NCBI GenBank assembly: GCA_963817385.1
Contig: CAWFOM010000006.1
Span: forward strand, 245,242-309,241
Origin: an uncultured delta proteobacterium
GTDB taxonomy: Bacteria; Desulfobacterota; Syntrophia; Syntrophales; UBA5619
Direction of reading: 5' to 3'
DNA length: 64,000 nucleotides
Made by a program: the position numbers and the translations under genes
Part shown: positions 10,525-19,481 of the stretch, in pieces
How positions within the stretch are numbered: position 1 is the stretch's first letter
Layout: every line of letters begins with the position of its first letter
Notes under the pieces: generated by a model
Told to the model about the DNA's origin: nothing
Databases searched by the model: none
Seen by the model: only the letters and a program-made list of their open reading frames with translations

Positions 10525-10594
10525 TTCTAACGTTTCACATAAGCGGCGTTGGAAACGTTGGGCGTAGCCCAGTGTTTCCAACGCCCGATTTCAT
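10525..10594 (+). repeat. Truncated attC-like hairpin
   Basis: TTCTAAC left core, then stem GGCGTTGGAAACGTTGGGC-GTA-GCCCAGTGTTTCCAACGCC; no right GTT core. Confidence 0.45.
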
Positions 10595-10677
10595 ACCGGC
10601 TATTCAATCGGTGGCCGCACCTCGTTCTTGCTCACCCTACCTGACAGCTCCGCAAGAACAATGCACCTAGTTGCTGT

Positions 10678-13080
10678 CTACTTCTTCTCCTTCTTCTTCA
10701 TTTCAGCGCACAGGCATGCCTCGGGAGCGAACTGCCAGTTAATCCGTCCGACCTCGTCGCCCATGTATATCTGCCGAATCGCAACGCCATGACCGTATAC
10801 GATCTTGCCTTTGTGTGGGCGAATCTTGAACACGCAAGGCAGGCGCCCCATTCGTGGGATTTTGACCTCTTCCAACATGATTCGAGGACGGGCTGGAAGC
10901 GTCAATCGTGCCTTATCGCGCTTCTTGTCTTGGACAAGTTTCCATGGGTTTTCACCCTTGAGGCGTATGAGCAACCCCAACGGCCCTTCCAGTTCCAGCA
11001 CCGCGTCCTCGGGCAGTCTTCGCTCGACCTCAAACGCGAAGAGCCGTGCGCGGTCATCTGCTCCGGCCAGTTTGAAGGAAAAGGAGGGGGTAGCGTCCGG
11101 CGTGTCTGGAAGGTTGTTCACGACGTTGAAGTTGCGCCACGTAACGTTGTTGTGAGCGCGGATCATGTCCTGGAATGAGGCCCAGTCGAGAGGACCCGGA
11201 GTTGGGGGCGCCGGGTCATTGAGGTGCTGCAGCGTAGCGACGAAGCAGTAGTGGGCTATGCCGGGAATCCCTGCTTTGGGCCAAGCCAGTCTGGGGGAAA
11301 CCGTCAGCACGTTGCCGACGGGAACCAGGGGGAGAGTCACGCTGCCGATGAGGTGCCATGTCGAGGGGGTGACCAACGTGGCAACTTCGCTCCAGTAGAC
11401 CGTAGCGGCGACATTGGTAGCCGGCGCGCCTCCCCGATTGCGCACCCTCACGTAAATTGAGTTCTCCTGGCCGGACTCTACCTCGTACCCGAGAGTTTCC
11501 GAGTTTTCCGTTCCGCTTCCCTCACCATAGGTCAGTTGAGGATCGGCTACAGGTGAGGGGCGGACAATGACATCTGGACTGGTGGAAATGGAGCCCATCC
11601 ACGGAACGGCTCCACTGTCTCCAACGGCGTCGCGAAGGTAGATGTCAGGCAGAAGCCCCAGTGTGGGCACGATCGCGGCTAAGTCGGGCATCACGGCAAT
11701 AGCACCCGCGACCCCGGCTCCCTGCGGTGTGCCGGTGGCGGGATTCGAGAGTAACGCCCGCATCTGCCCCGGAGAGAGTTGCGTGCCGGTTGCCGACTGG
11801 TAGTTAGATTGTACCAGCGCCGCTGCACTCACGATAATCGGCGAGGCGCTGCTCGTGCCTTGGAACGTGTCGGTGTACCACCTGTCGGCGTTGCCACCGC
11901 CGTTGTCGAGATCGCCGTAACCGGTGGAGGTGACGTTCTCTCCCCAGGCGAAGCAGTCAATGCGGCTTCCGAAGTTGGAAGCCCACCAACGGTTGTGTGG
12001 TACGGTCGAGACCGAAGCCCCCACCATGATCGCGCCTGAGTCCACGAAGTCGGCCGACGTTCGATTAAGCCGCCGGAGTCCTCCAGGGGTGCTCCAAGCA
12101 TCGAGGTCCGTGTCCCCGTTCCCGCCGGCCTCCACCACGATGATCCCCCGCGCCGTCGCCAGCCGGATGACGTCGAGACGGTCGTCGAGCGTCTCGACGG
12201 GCAGGAATGAGGTCTGCAATTCGATCAAGAGAATCTGGCCGACCGACATGGCTGCCACCGCGGCGACCAGCGCGTCGGTCACGTGCTGTACACCGCCCGC
12301 GTCATAGATCGAACTCATCCGTATGGAGTTAATCGCAGGGGCCGAGCCAACCACCCCTACCGTGTTGTCACTGGCCAAGATCTCGCCTAAGACCGCGGTG
12401 CCGTGATCCTCCCAGCTTGCGTATTGGACACCATGGATGAGTGTCGGCGTCTTGCCGGCGAGGTCCTCGTGGGTCACCCGCCAGCCACCTTCCACATCGA
12501 CGATGCCGATGCCGGCCCCTTCTCCATTCGGCTGCGTCCACATCCAACGCGCGTCGATGCCCACGGGAGCGGCGTCCTGGTAGTCCTGACCAGCATTGTA
12601 CGCGTCATCCCCCGGAGTCACGACGGGTAGCGTGGAGAGCGGCTCCTCCCAGGCCGAGTCGACCTCCGGCAACGACGACAGCATCTCGATCAGCCGGGTG
12701 ATTTCTTCCCGCGGGCGTTCACGTAGGTCGAGGCGCCAGTACTGGGTAAGACTATGCAGCGGTGGATATTTGGTGTGAGCCACCTCGCGCTCCAAATCCA
12801 GGATTTTCTCAGCCGGAACCGAGCGTACCAGCCGGTGGGATTCAGGCGAGCGGGCGTTCTCAAGGACCTGGGACAGGCCCTTCAAGGCATATATCTTCGC
12901 ATGGGCAACGAGCGTATCCGCCACCTTGTCCCGCCCGACAGGACTCGCTTCGGCGGCGAGTCTAATAACCACCATGCCCGAAGGCCGCTCCGCCTTCGCC
13001 GGATCCCCGATCATGGGACGAACCGGCAACCCCCGGACGACTTCCCTTTTTTTCTTTTCGCTTGTTTCATTCTGATTCAT
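10678..13080 (-). CDS. S8 (subtilisin-like) serine peptidase with N-terminal prodomain and C-terminal beta-rich domains
   Basis: Triad IVDVEGG / DHGTAVLG / FQGTSSASP and oxyanion EAGGNG; no obvious signal peptide. Confidence 0.9.
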   Translation of the reverse strand: MNQNETSEKKKREVVRGLPVRPMIGDPAKAERPSGMVVIRLAAEASPVGRDKVADTLVAHAKIYALKGLSQVLENARSPESHRLVRSVPAEKILDLEREVAHTKYPPLHSLTQYWRLDLRERPREEITRLIEMLSSLPEVDSAWEEPLSTLPVVTPGDDAYNAGQDYQDAAPVGIDARWMWTQPNGEGAGIGIVDVEGGWRVTHEDLAGKTPTLIHGVQYASWEDHGTAVLGEILASDNTVGVVGSAPAINSIRMSSIYDAGGVQHVTDALVAAVAAMSVGQILLIELQTSFLPVETLDDRLDVIRLATARGIIVVEAGGNGDTDLDAWSTPGGLRRLNRTSADFVDSGAIMVGASVSTVPHNRWWASNFGSRIDCFAWGENVTSTGYGDLDNGGGNADRWYTDTFQGTSSASPIIVSAAALVQSNYQSATGTQLSPGQMRALLSNPATGTPQGAGVAGAIAVMPDLAAIVPTLGLLPDIYLRDAVGDSGAVPWMGSISTSPDVIVRPSPVADPQLTYGEGSGTENSETLGYEVESGQENSIYVRVRNRGGAPATNVAATVYWSEVATLVTPSTWHLIGSVTLPLVPVGNVLTVSPRLAWPKAGIPGIAHYCFVATLQHLNDPAPPTPGPLDWASFQDMIRAHNNVTWRNFNVVNNLPDTPDATPSFSFKLAGADDRARLFAFEVERRLPEDAVLELEGPLGLLIRLKGENPWKLVQDKKRDKARLTLPARPRIMLEEVKIPRMGRLPCVFKIRPHKGKIVYGHGVAIRQIYMGDEVGRINWQFAPEACLCAEMKKKEKK

Positions 13081-13217
13081 GTTGATCCTCCTTTTTGAAC
13101 AATTGATGGTATGCAGATGATCTCCTCTCTTTTGTCACAAGATTTAGACAGGTTAGCTTTTTCAGTAGGGTTACAAATAACAGCCCCCAAAGAGGTATAA
13201 CAACTCCGTGGAGGCCT

Positions 13218-13250
13218 TCATATTGGCACCTTCCGGTAACTCCTTCTCAC
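13218..13250 (-). promoter_or_regulatory. Putative leader mini-ORF MRRSYRKVPI* with downstream hairpin (copy 2)
   Basis: SD AGGAGGT-CACC-GTG, 10 codons, TGA, then hairpin GGCCTCCA...TGGGGGCT and GTTATTT; lies in the 5' leader of the S8 gene. Confidence 0.6.
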
Positions 13251-13436
13251 GGTGACCTCCTGGAGGTTAGTGTTTTAGGTTTGGGGTTAACGGTGACCGG
13301 GCAAGAAGGAGATTGAGATCTGGCTATCTTGAAAGATGCTCTTAAGGTCAGATGGAGATCAGTTGGAACTCAAACTTGGATTTATTGGGAAATAATGAAC
13401 AAACCTCCAAAAGGACGTCATGTCCTGCTGGAGGCT

Positions 13437-13469
13437 TCATATTGGCACCTTCCGATAATTCCGTTTCAC
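13437..13469 (-). promoter_or_regulatory. Putative leader mini-ORF MKRNYRKVPI* with downstream terminator-like hairpin (copy 1)
   Basis: GGAG-TCCACC-GTG, 10 codons, TGA, then hairpin AAGCCTCCA...TGGAGGTTT and a T-rich tail. Confidence 0.6.
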
Positions 13470-13657
13470 GGTGGACTCCGGGAGGTTAAGGGGAAGGTTG
13501 ATGGGTTTACCGAGATGATAAGAGAAGCTACAATCGAAAAATATTCTTATGCGAATGTAAAGTCAAGAGGAAAATAGCATCAGTTCTCAGACTGCAGCAT
13601 AGTTGCAGCAAAAGAAAAAGGGGCCACAGAATAAGCTCTGTAACCCCTCGTTTTTTC

Positions 13658-13702
13658 TGGAGCCGATGAGCAGGATCGAACTGCTGACCTGCTGATTACG
13701 AA
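13658..13702 (-). repeat. Duplicated 3' 45 bp of tRNA-Thr (att site)
   Basis: Identical to 14758-14802; identity ends within the anticodon loop. Confidence 0.92.
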
Positions 13703-14138
13703 AAAGATATACTCATGTTCTACCCCGCATTACTGCTGTATTTTATTTTTTGACTGTGTCCCAACAGAGTATTTTAAGGTCTTTCCCGTGTCCCAGATTC
13801 ATAAGTCCCGTCCTAATCTATGTTTTGTCCGTTCTCATGATTCTCCTTTAAAAAATTGATCCTCGGGTTTTTTATTTAGTATTTCCTGTAACAAAGCATC
13901 TGATGATTTTTACAGGCATACTTTATTTCAAACGATATTCAATAAGCTCGGGATATTCCGGAGACAATAAAGTAGGTTAATAAGTTGTCTGACTCTCCTT
14001 AACGTATCCCTCAATATATTGAGGTTTCACCAAATATTGAGGCAAACAGATCGTTTCTCACTTCTCTGCTGTTCTGTGCTATTAATCTAATCGCCTGTTA
14101 TTATAGGATGAATCAAAACTTCTGATTTTTTCCAACTA

Positions 14139-14155
14139 TTGGCAAGTCATTTGCT
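14139..14155 (+). promoter_or_regulatory. Putative sigma-54 promoter with upstream palindrome at 14009-14024
   Basis: TTGGCAAGTCATTTGCT (GG-N10-GC); perfect palindrome CCTCAATATATTGAGG ~115 bp upstream, plus a related half-site at 14028-14042. Confidence 0.6.
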
Positions 14156-14215
14156 GTTATAGCTTAACGAAGGGCTATGAAAGTTTTTCAAAAAAGATAA
14201 AAAGAGGAGGAGGCG

Positions 14216-14383
14216 ATGAAGAGAATCATTATGCTGGCAATGGTTTTGGTGATGATGCTTGCATCTATTGGAGGATGTTCGCCATGGTGGAATAAAGATG
14301 GCGGGGGTGGAGGAGATGGAGGACAGCGGTCATCAAGGCCTTCAAGGAATGGAATAACAGGATTTGAAGCTCCTTCTCATTGA
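14216..14383 (+). CDS. 55-aa Gly-rich putative lipoprotein (below the ORF-track cut-off)
   Basis: SD AGGAGGAGG; MKRIIMLAMVLVMMLASIGGC signal peptide and lipobox, then SPWWNKDGGGGGDGG. Confidence 0.7.
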   Translation: MKRIIMLAMVLVMMLASIGGCSPWWNKDGGGGGDGGQRSSRPSRNGITGFEAPSH

Positions 14384-14757
14384 AAGTGATCATATGGGTC
14401 AAAGAGTTTGAGAATTTGCGGAACGAAAAGATCATTCGCATTTCCAACGATAATCAATAAACTTTAACCTCTTTGCCTTCGTTTGATTGTAGGTGTTATC
14501 GGATAAGATCGATGAGGCCCTGAAAAACATTTCCCAGTATTTTTTTAAATTCATCGTTTTTTTAATTAAGGCAAGTGGGAAATTTGTTCCAGACTGACCA
14601 ACTGATTAATTGCTGATTAAGACGAATGATAAAAAAATAGTCGTAAATGCTCTATATTATTATGTTTAATTAAAGACCAGAAAGAACAGTGGGACACAGT
14701 GTGTCCCTTTTTTCATAATAAAGGGGTCACGATTTCACTCGTAACCCCTTATTTTAC

Positions 14758-14833
14758 TGGAGCCGATGAGCAGGATCGAACTGCTGACCTGCTGATTACG
14801 AATCAGCTGCTCTACCGTCTGAGCTACATCGGC
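14758..14833 (-). tRNA. tRNA-Thr (anticodon CGT)
   Basis: 76-nt cloverleaf GCCGATGTAGCTCAG...TTCGTAA...GTTCGATC...ATCGGCTCCA with encoded CCA. Confidence 0.97.
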
Positions 14834-15084
14834 CTTACATCCTGTGGTGCATGTACCTCTTTTCAAGATTTGCCTATCTATCGCAAGCAATACCCCTTGT
14901 CAAGGTTTTCATGCGCACGCTTTCATGCGTTCGTTTCTGTTGGATACGGAGATCGCCTTGACTTTCAGGGCTTCTCTGATATTATCCCTGAAATTTGTCT
15001 GGGGGGAAGTGTGGGACGGTGTTTTCACCATGACCAGGGAATAATTGGCTCTCCCGTCCGAGAGGCTCGACGGAAATAACTGCA

Positions 15085-17050
15085 ATGTCTCTGAAGGAAA
15101 ATCTCAGATACCGAAGCTGGGTCGAGGTCGATCTCGGCAACTTCGCCGCGAACTGGGCGGAAATGAAGCGGCTGGTCGGTCCCACTGCGCAGATCATGCA
15201 GGTGGTCAAGGCGGACGCCTACGGCCACGGGGCGATTGAGATCTCCAACGTCGCCCTCGTAAACGGCGCCTCCTGCCTCGGCGTGGCGAACGCCGACGAA
15301 GGGGTGCAACTCCGGGTGAGCGGGATCACCGCTCCCGTCATCATCCTCTCCCCTGCCACCGATTCCGAGATCGACCAGATCATCAAATATAACCTGATCC
15401 CCTCGGTATCCGATCTCGGCTTTGCCCGGGAATTTCAGAAGCGGGCCCGCAAGGCCGGCATCCGCACGCCCATCCATGTCGAGGTGGACACGGGGATGGG
15501 CCGGGGCGGCACTACCCGGGAGGAGGCCGTCCCGGTCATCCGGGAGATCGCCGCCTTCCCCAATCTCTGCCATTGAGGGGATCTTCACCCATTTTGCCGA
15601 AAGCGAGATCCTCTCCTACTACAATGACCTGCAGTGGCGCTCCTTCGCGGAGATCCTGGAGAAACTGGCGGCGCACAACATCACGATACCGATCCGCCAC
15701 ATCTCCAACAGCGGCGCCATCCTGAACTACCCGCAGTTTCACCTCGACATGGTGCGGCCGGGGATCATCTCCTACGGGATCTACCCCTCGCCGGAAACCC
15801 GGGCGAAGGCCTCCCTCGCCCCCGTGATGAGCTTCAAGACGCGGGTGGTCCTCGTCAAGGAGTTCCCCGAAGGGTACAGCATCGGCTACGGCCGGACCTT
15901 CATCACCCGGCGGCCCACCCGGATCGCCACCATCCCGGTCGGCTACGGCGACGGCTTCGGCTGGCTCCTCGGGAACCAGGGGGAGGCCCTGATCCGGGGG
16001 AGGCGCGTTCCCATCGCCGGCCGCATCTCGATGGACATGTGCACGCTCGACATCAGCCAGATCCCGGAGTGCCAGGTCGGCGAGGAGGTGGTCCTCATGG
16101 GGGAACAGGGGGGCGAGCGGATCACCGCCGACGAGATCGCCCGGAAGGTGCATACGATCAGCTACGAGATCCTCTGCGCCCTCGGGAAGCGGGCGCCGCG
16201 GGTCTTCCTCCACCAGGGGCGGGCCGACCGGGTGGAACCGAGCCTCCGGCGGATCTTCATCCCCGATGAGGAGAAATCGATCTCCCGGATCGACACGATC
16301 ATCCGCCACTGCTTCCAGACGCGGGCGCGCAACGAGGAGCTCGGCGACGCGATCTACTACGAGATGTTCGAGACCCTCTTCGGCAAGGAGGACCGCCAGC
16401 TCGAACTCAGGGACGATTTCCGCTACGCCATCCACGTGACGGAGTTCACGCCGGAGGAGGAGGTTCCGGAGGAGCTGCGGCGGGATTACTTCAAGGTCAC
16501 GACCCATGTGGAGTACACGAAGGCCATCCGGCACGCCCACTTCGTGATCGGCTGCGCACAGGACAACGAGCAACTGGCGGCGTTCTTCGAAGACAAGCGG
16601 TGCGAATACCGCTGGCTCCTGAACGGCGGGGAAAACCTCACGGCCGAGAGGGATTTCCGGGTGAACGGCGTCCGGATCGATGGCGAGGCGGTGCCGATCA
16701 TCCGGACGGAGAGCACCGCACGGGGCTATGAGGTCTGGTGCGGATCGGACGAGCTCAAAAAGAAGCTCAACCGTCAGGTCCGGGTGGAAATCGAGATCGA
16801 AACCAAAAAACTCAAAGCCAACCGGCTCTTCTCCGCCTACCTGGTCTATCCAACCCGGGGGATGGAGATCTCCTTCAATTACGGAGGGACGAATATCAAA
16901 AACGTCCGGGACGTCGGTTTCTTCGCCGGGAAACACCCCTATCCGGAGGTGACCCGGGAAAAGGGGAAATCGGTCACCCTCCGCCTCGGGAACGATGCAT
17001 GGATCTTCCCCACGAGCGGTGTGACGTTCATTTGGGATCTGGTAGAGTAA
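15085..17050 (+). CDS. alr: Alanine racemase with ~270-aa C-terminal extension, +1 frameshift near 15570
   Basis: VVKADAYGHG PLP-lysine, VDTGMGR, VRPGI, IGYG, PVGYGDG, GRISMD, TISYEILC. Confidence 0.9.
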
Positions 17051-17064
17051 TTTAGAGAAAAGGT

Positions 17065-18129
17065 ATGATCAGGATGGAAAAATTGCGTGTGGGAGTGCTC
17101 CTGGGGGGGATCTCCTCGGAGCGGGAGGTCTCCCTGAACAGCGGCAGAAACGTCTTCGACAATCTCGACCGGGAGGCATACGATCCCAAGGCCATCTTCA
17201 TGGACGGCCGGGGGGCTCTCTGGGTGATCCCGTGGCAGTTGATATCCCAGAATACCACCAAGGACATCACCGAACGGCTCGCAAGCGAAGCGCGTCGGAT
17301 CTCCTACGAGGGGCTGAAGGACGAGATCGACTTCGCCTTCATCTCGCTGCACGGGAAATTCGGAGAGGACGGCTGCGTCCAGGGTCTTCTCGAACTGCTC
17401 GGTCTCCCCTACACGGGCCCCGGCGTCCTCGCTTCCGCCCTCGGCATGGACAAGTATATCCAGCAGCGGATCCTCCGGGCGGAGGGAATCGGCGTCCCCC
17501 AAAGCACCCTCGTCCGGGAGGAGGCGTGGCAGACCGACCGCGAGGGGGTGATCAAGGCGCTCTTCAGCCGTTTCAAGGCCCCCTTCTTCACCAAACCCCC
17601 GCGCGAGGGGTCGAGCATCGGCGTCACCCTCGTCCGGGACGAGGAATCCCTCATCCACGGCATTGAAGAGGCACTGAAATGGGATAAGGCGGTCCTCGTC
17701 GAGGAGTTTATCGAGGGGACGGAATTCTCCTCCATCATCCTGGAAGAGGACGGGGAACCGCACGCCCTGGAGCTCACGGAGATCAACCCGCAGAGCGAGT
17801 ATTTCACCTACGACGACAAGTACATGCCCGGCCGCTGCCGGAAATTCACCCCCCCCAAGAACATTGCGCCGGATGCCGTGGAGGCGATCAAGCGGGAGGC
17901 TCTGCGCGCCTTTAAGGCGCTGGGCTTCCGCTCCTACGGAAGAATCGACGGCTTTTACCTCACGGACGGCCGCGTCCTCATCACGGATCCCAACTCCGCC
18001 TCCGGCATGGCGCCCTCCTCGTTCTTCTTCGAGCAGGCGGCCTGCGCGGGGATGCTCCCCTCAATGATCATCAGCCGTCTCGTCGAGAACGCCCTGATCA
18101 TCCACCGGCAGAAGACCGGGCCGCTGTAA
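17065..18129 (+). CDS. ddl: D-alanine--D-alanine ligase (variant)
   Basis: GGISSEREVSLNSG, LHGKFGEDG, MDK, KP...GSSIGV, YFTYDDKY, RID; adjacent to alr. Confidence 0.88.
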   Translation: MIRMEKLRVGVLLGGISSEREVSLNSGRNVFDNLDREAYDPKAIFMDGRGALWVIPWQLISQNTTKDITERLASEARRISYEGLKDEIDFAFISLHGKFGEDGCVQGLLELLGLPYTGPGVLASALGMDKYIQQRILRAEGIGVPQSTLVREEAWQTDREGVIKALFSRFKAPFFTKPPREGSSIGVTLVRDEESLIHGIEEALKWDKAVLVEEFIEGTEFSSIILEEDGEPHALELTEINPQSEYFTYDDKYMPGRCRKFTPPKNIAPDAVEAIKREALRAFKALGFRSYGRIDGFYLTDGRVLITDPNSASGMAPSSFFFEQAACAGMLPSMIISRLVENALIIHRQKTGPL

Positions 18130-18155
18130 ACGAACACATCGGTAAGAGAAAATTA

Positions 18156-18184
18156 TTGACATACCGGAGAGTTCTTCGTATCTT
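18156..18184 (+). promoter_or_regulatory. Sigma-70-like promoter, one of three near-identical copies
   Basis: TTGACA-17 nt-TATCTT; spacer ends TCTTCG, similar to the copies at 21660 and 22874. Confidence 0.6.
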
Positions 18185-18357
18185 TTCCTCACGGATGGGC
18201 ATATCATACCGTTCGGCCTCTCCCGGCTGGGCAGCGGCGCCCCCCCCAATGGAGTGATTGCCGCTGATATTGAAGCCGGCTTGAGAGGTTACGATCTGTT
18301 CGGAGTAGCGCGAATCATCCGGGAAAGCGTTTGCAGCAACCTGTTCGGAGGTGCATC

Positions 18358-19419
18358 ATGTTCATGAGAAGGATGATCCATATCCCCGGTCTCCTGCTTC
18401 TTTTGGCGCTGACCGGCTGTGCGGCCGGGCTCGTTTCCGATGCCGGTTCACCCGAAGAGCGGAGAAAAGCTGCCGCATCAAAAGACGACCTCTGGAATCA
18501 AACCATAGCGCTGGAGAAGGAGAAAGCCACCTATCAGAAGCAACTTGCCGATCAGCAGGCGGAGCTTGACCGGTTGAACAAGGAGCTGGCCGATCAGCAA
18601 ACTGAAATTGACCGGACAAGCAAACAGGCAACTGAACTGACCGGCGCCCTTGATGATTTGACCGCGAAGGTAAAGCAGCTCCAGGATGCCAGGCAAAGGG
18701 AACACCCTCTGAAGGAGGCTAATCTGGCGCAACCGGAGAAGCTGACGGCGAAGCAGGGGAAAAAGACCGCGGTCCCAAAGAAAGACGCACAAAAAAAGTC
18801 GCCACCTCCCAAGACGCAGGAGCCTAAATCGAAAAGCGACAGGGACCCGCAGATGAAGCCGCCGCGGGAGGCAGAGCAAAAGATTTTCCCCCCGCAAGAG
18901 ACCGAACCGGTGCCGGCGAAAAAGGATGAAGGAAAGGAGCCGCCGGAAGTGAGGACGCCGAAGCCCAGATCCGTGGAGGACCTGAGCGCTCAGATGAAGC
19001 AGTTCGAGGAAGACAGACAAAAAGGAACCGCTCTGAAAGAAACGGAGCCGGCGCAAGCGAAGAAGGAGCCGCTGAAACAGGGGAAAAATATCAGGGGCCA
19101 GAAAAAAGACGCGCAAAAAGAGCCGGCGGAGACCAAGGAGCGGGAATCCAAAACCGCTACTATCAAGGTCCTTGCCGGCGACGGGAACATTGCTTCCGCC
19201 AGGGGGCTGTCGAAACAACTGGGCAAGATGGGTTACCGGGTCAAACTAATCGACCGGGCCCCGCGGTCAGATTTTGATGTGATTACGGTTTATTACGGAA
19301 CCGATCACCGCACGGCCGCTGAGACCATGGCAAAAAGGCTGGGCGGCGGCGCCACAGCCAGGCCGCGGACGTGGTCATCTTCGTTCGACATCATCGTCGT
19401 GACGGGACGCAAACCCTAA
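18358..19419 (+). CDS. Lipoprotein with coiled coil, Lys/Pro-rich repeats and C-terminal LytR_C-like domain
   Basis: LTGC lipobox; heptad region; C-terminal IKVLAGDG...TVYY...DIIVVTG. Confidence 0.75.
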   Translation: MFMRRMIHIPGLLLLLALTGCAAGLVSDAGSPEERRKAAASKDDLWNQTIALEKEKATYQKQLADQQAELDRLNKELADQQTEIDRTSKQATELTGALDDLTAKVKQLQDARQREHPLKEANLAQPEKLTAKQGKKTAVPKKDAQKKSPPPKTQEPKSKSDRDPQMKPPREAEQKIFPPQETEPVPAKKDEGKEPPEVRTPKPRSVEDLSAQMKQFEEDRQKGTALKETEPAQAKKEPLKQGKNIRGQKKDAQKEPAETKERESKTATIKVLAGDGNIASARGLSKQLGKMGYRVKLIDRAPRSDFDVITVYYGTDHRTAAETMAKRLGGGATARPRTWSSSFDIIVVTGRKP

Positions 19420-19481
19420 CAGGGTGTTGAAATATGCCGTGGAGGCGGTCAGCGTTGGACGCCGGTCAGCCGGGACGAGGT

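Larger units (their letters stand above)
13658..14802. mobile_element. Remnant mini-island integrated at tRNA-Thr(CGT), no integrase
   Basis: AT-rich ~1.05 kb between tRNA direct repeats; GTGTCCC motifs near both ends. Confidence 0.75.

Noticed and set aside
13170..13490. SAM-I or c-di-AMP riboswitch (AAGGTGCCAA, TTGGGGTTAA words)
   Set aside because: The other conserved blocks are missing or out of order; conservation fits an 11-codon frame better.
17065..18129. VanA-type glycopeptide resistance ligase
   Set aside because: No vanH/vanX/vanRS neighbours; the omega-loop KY is retained; housekeeping context beside alr.
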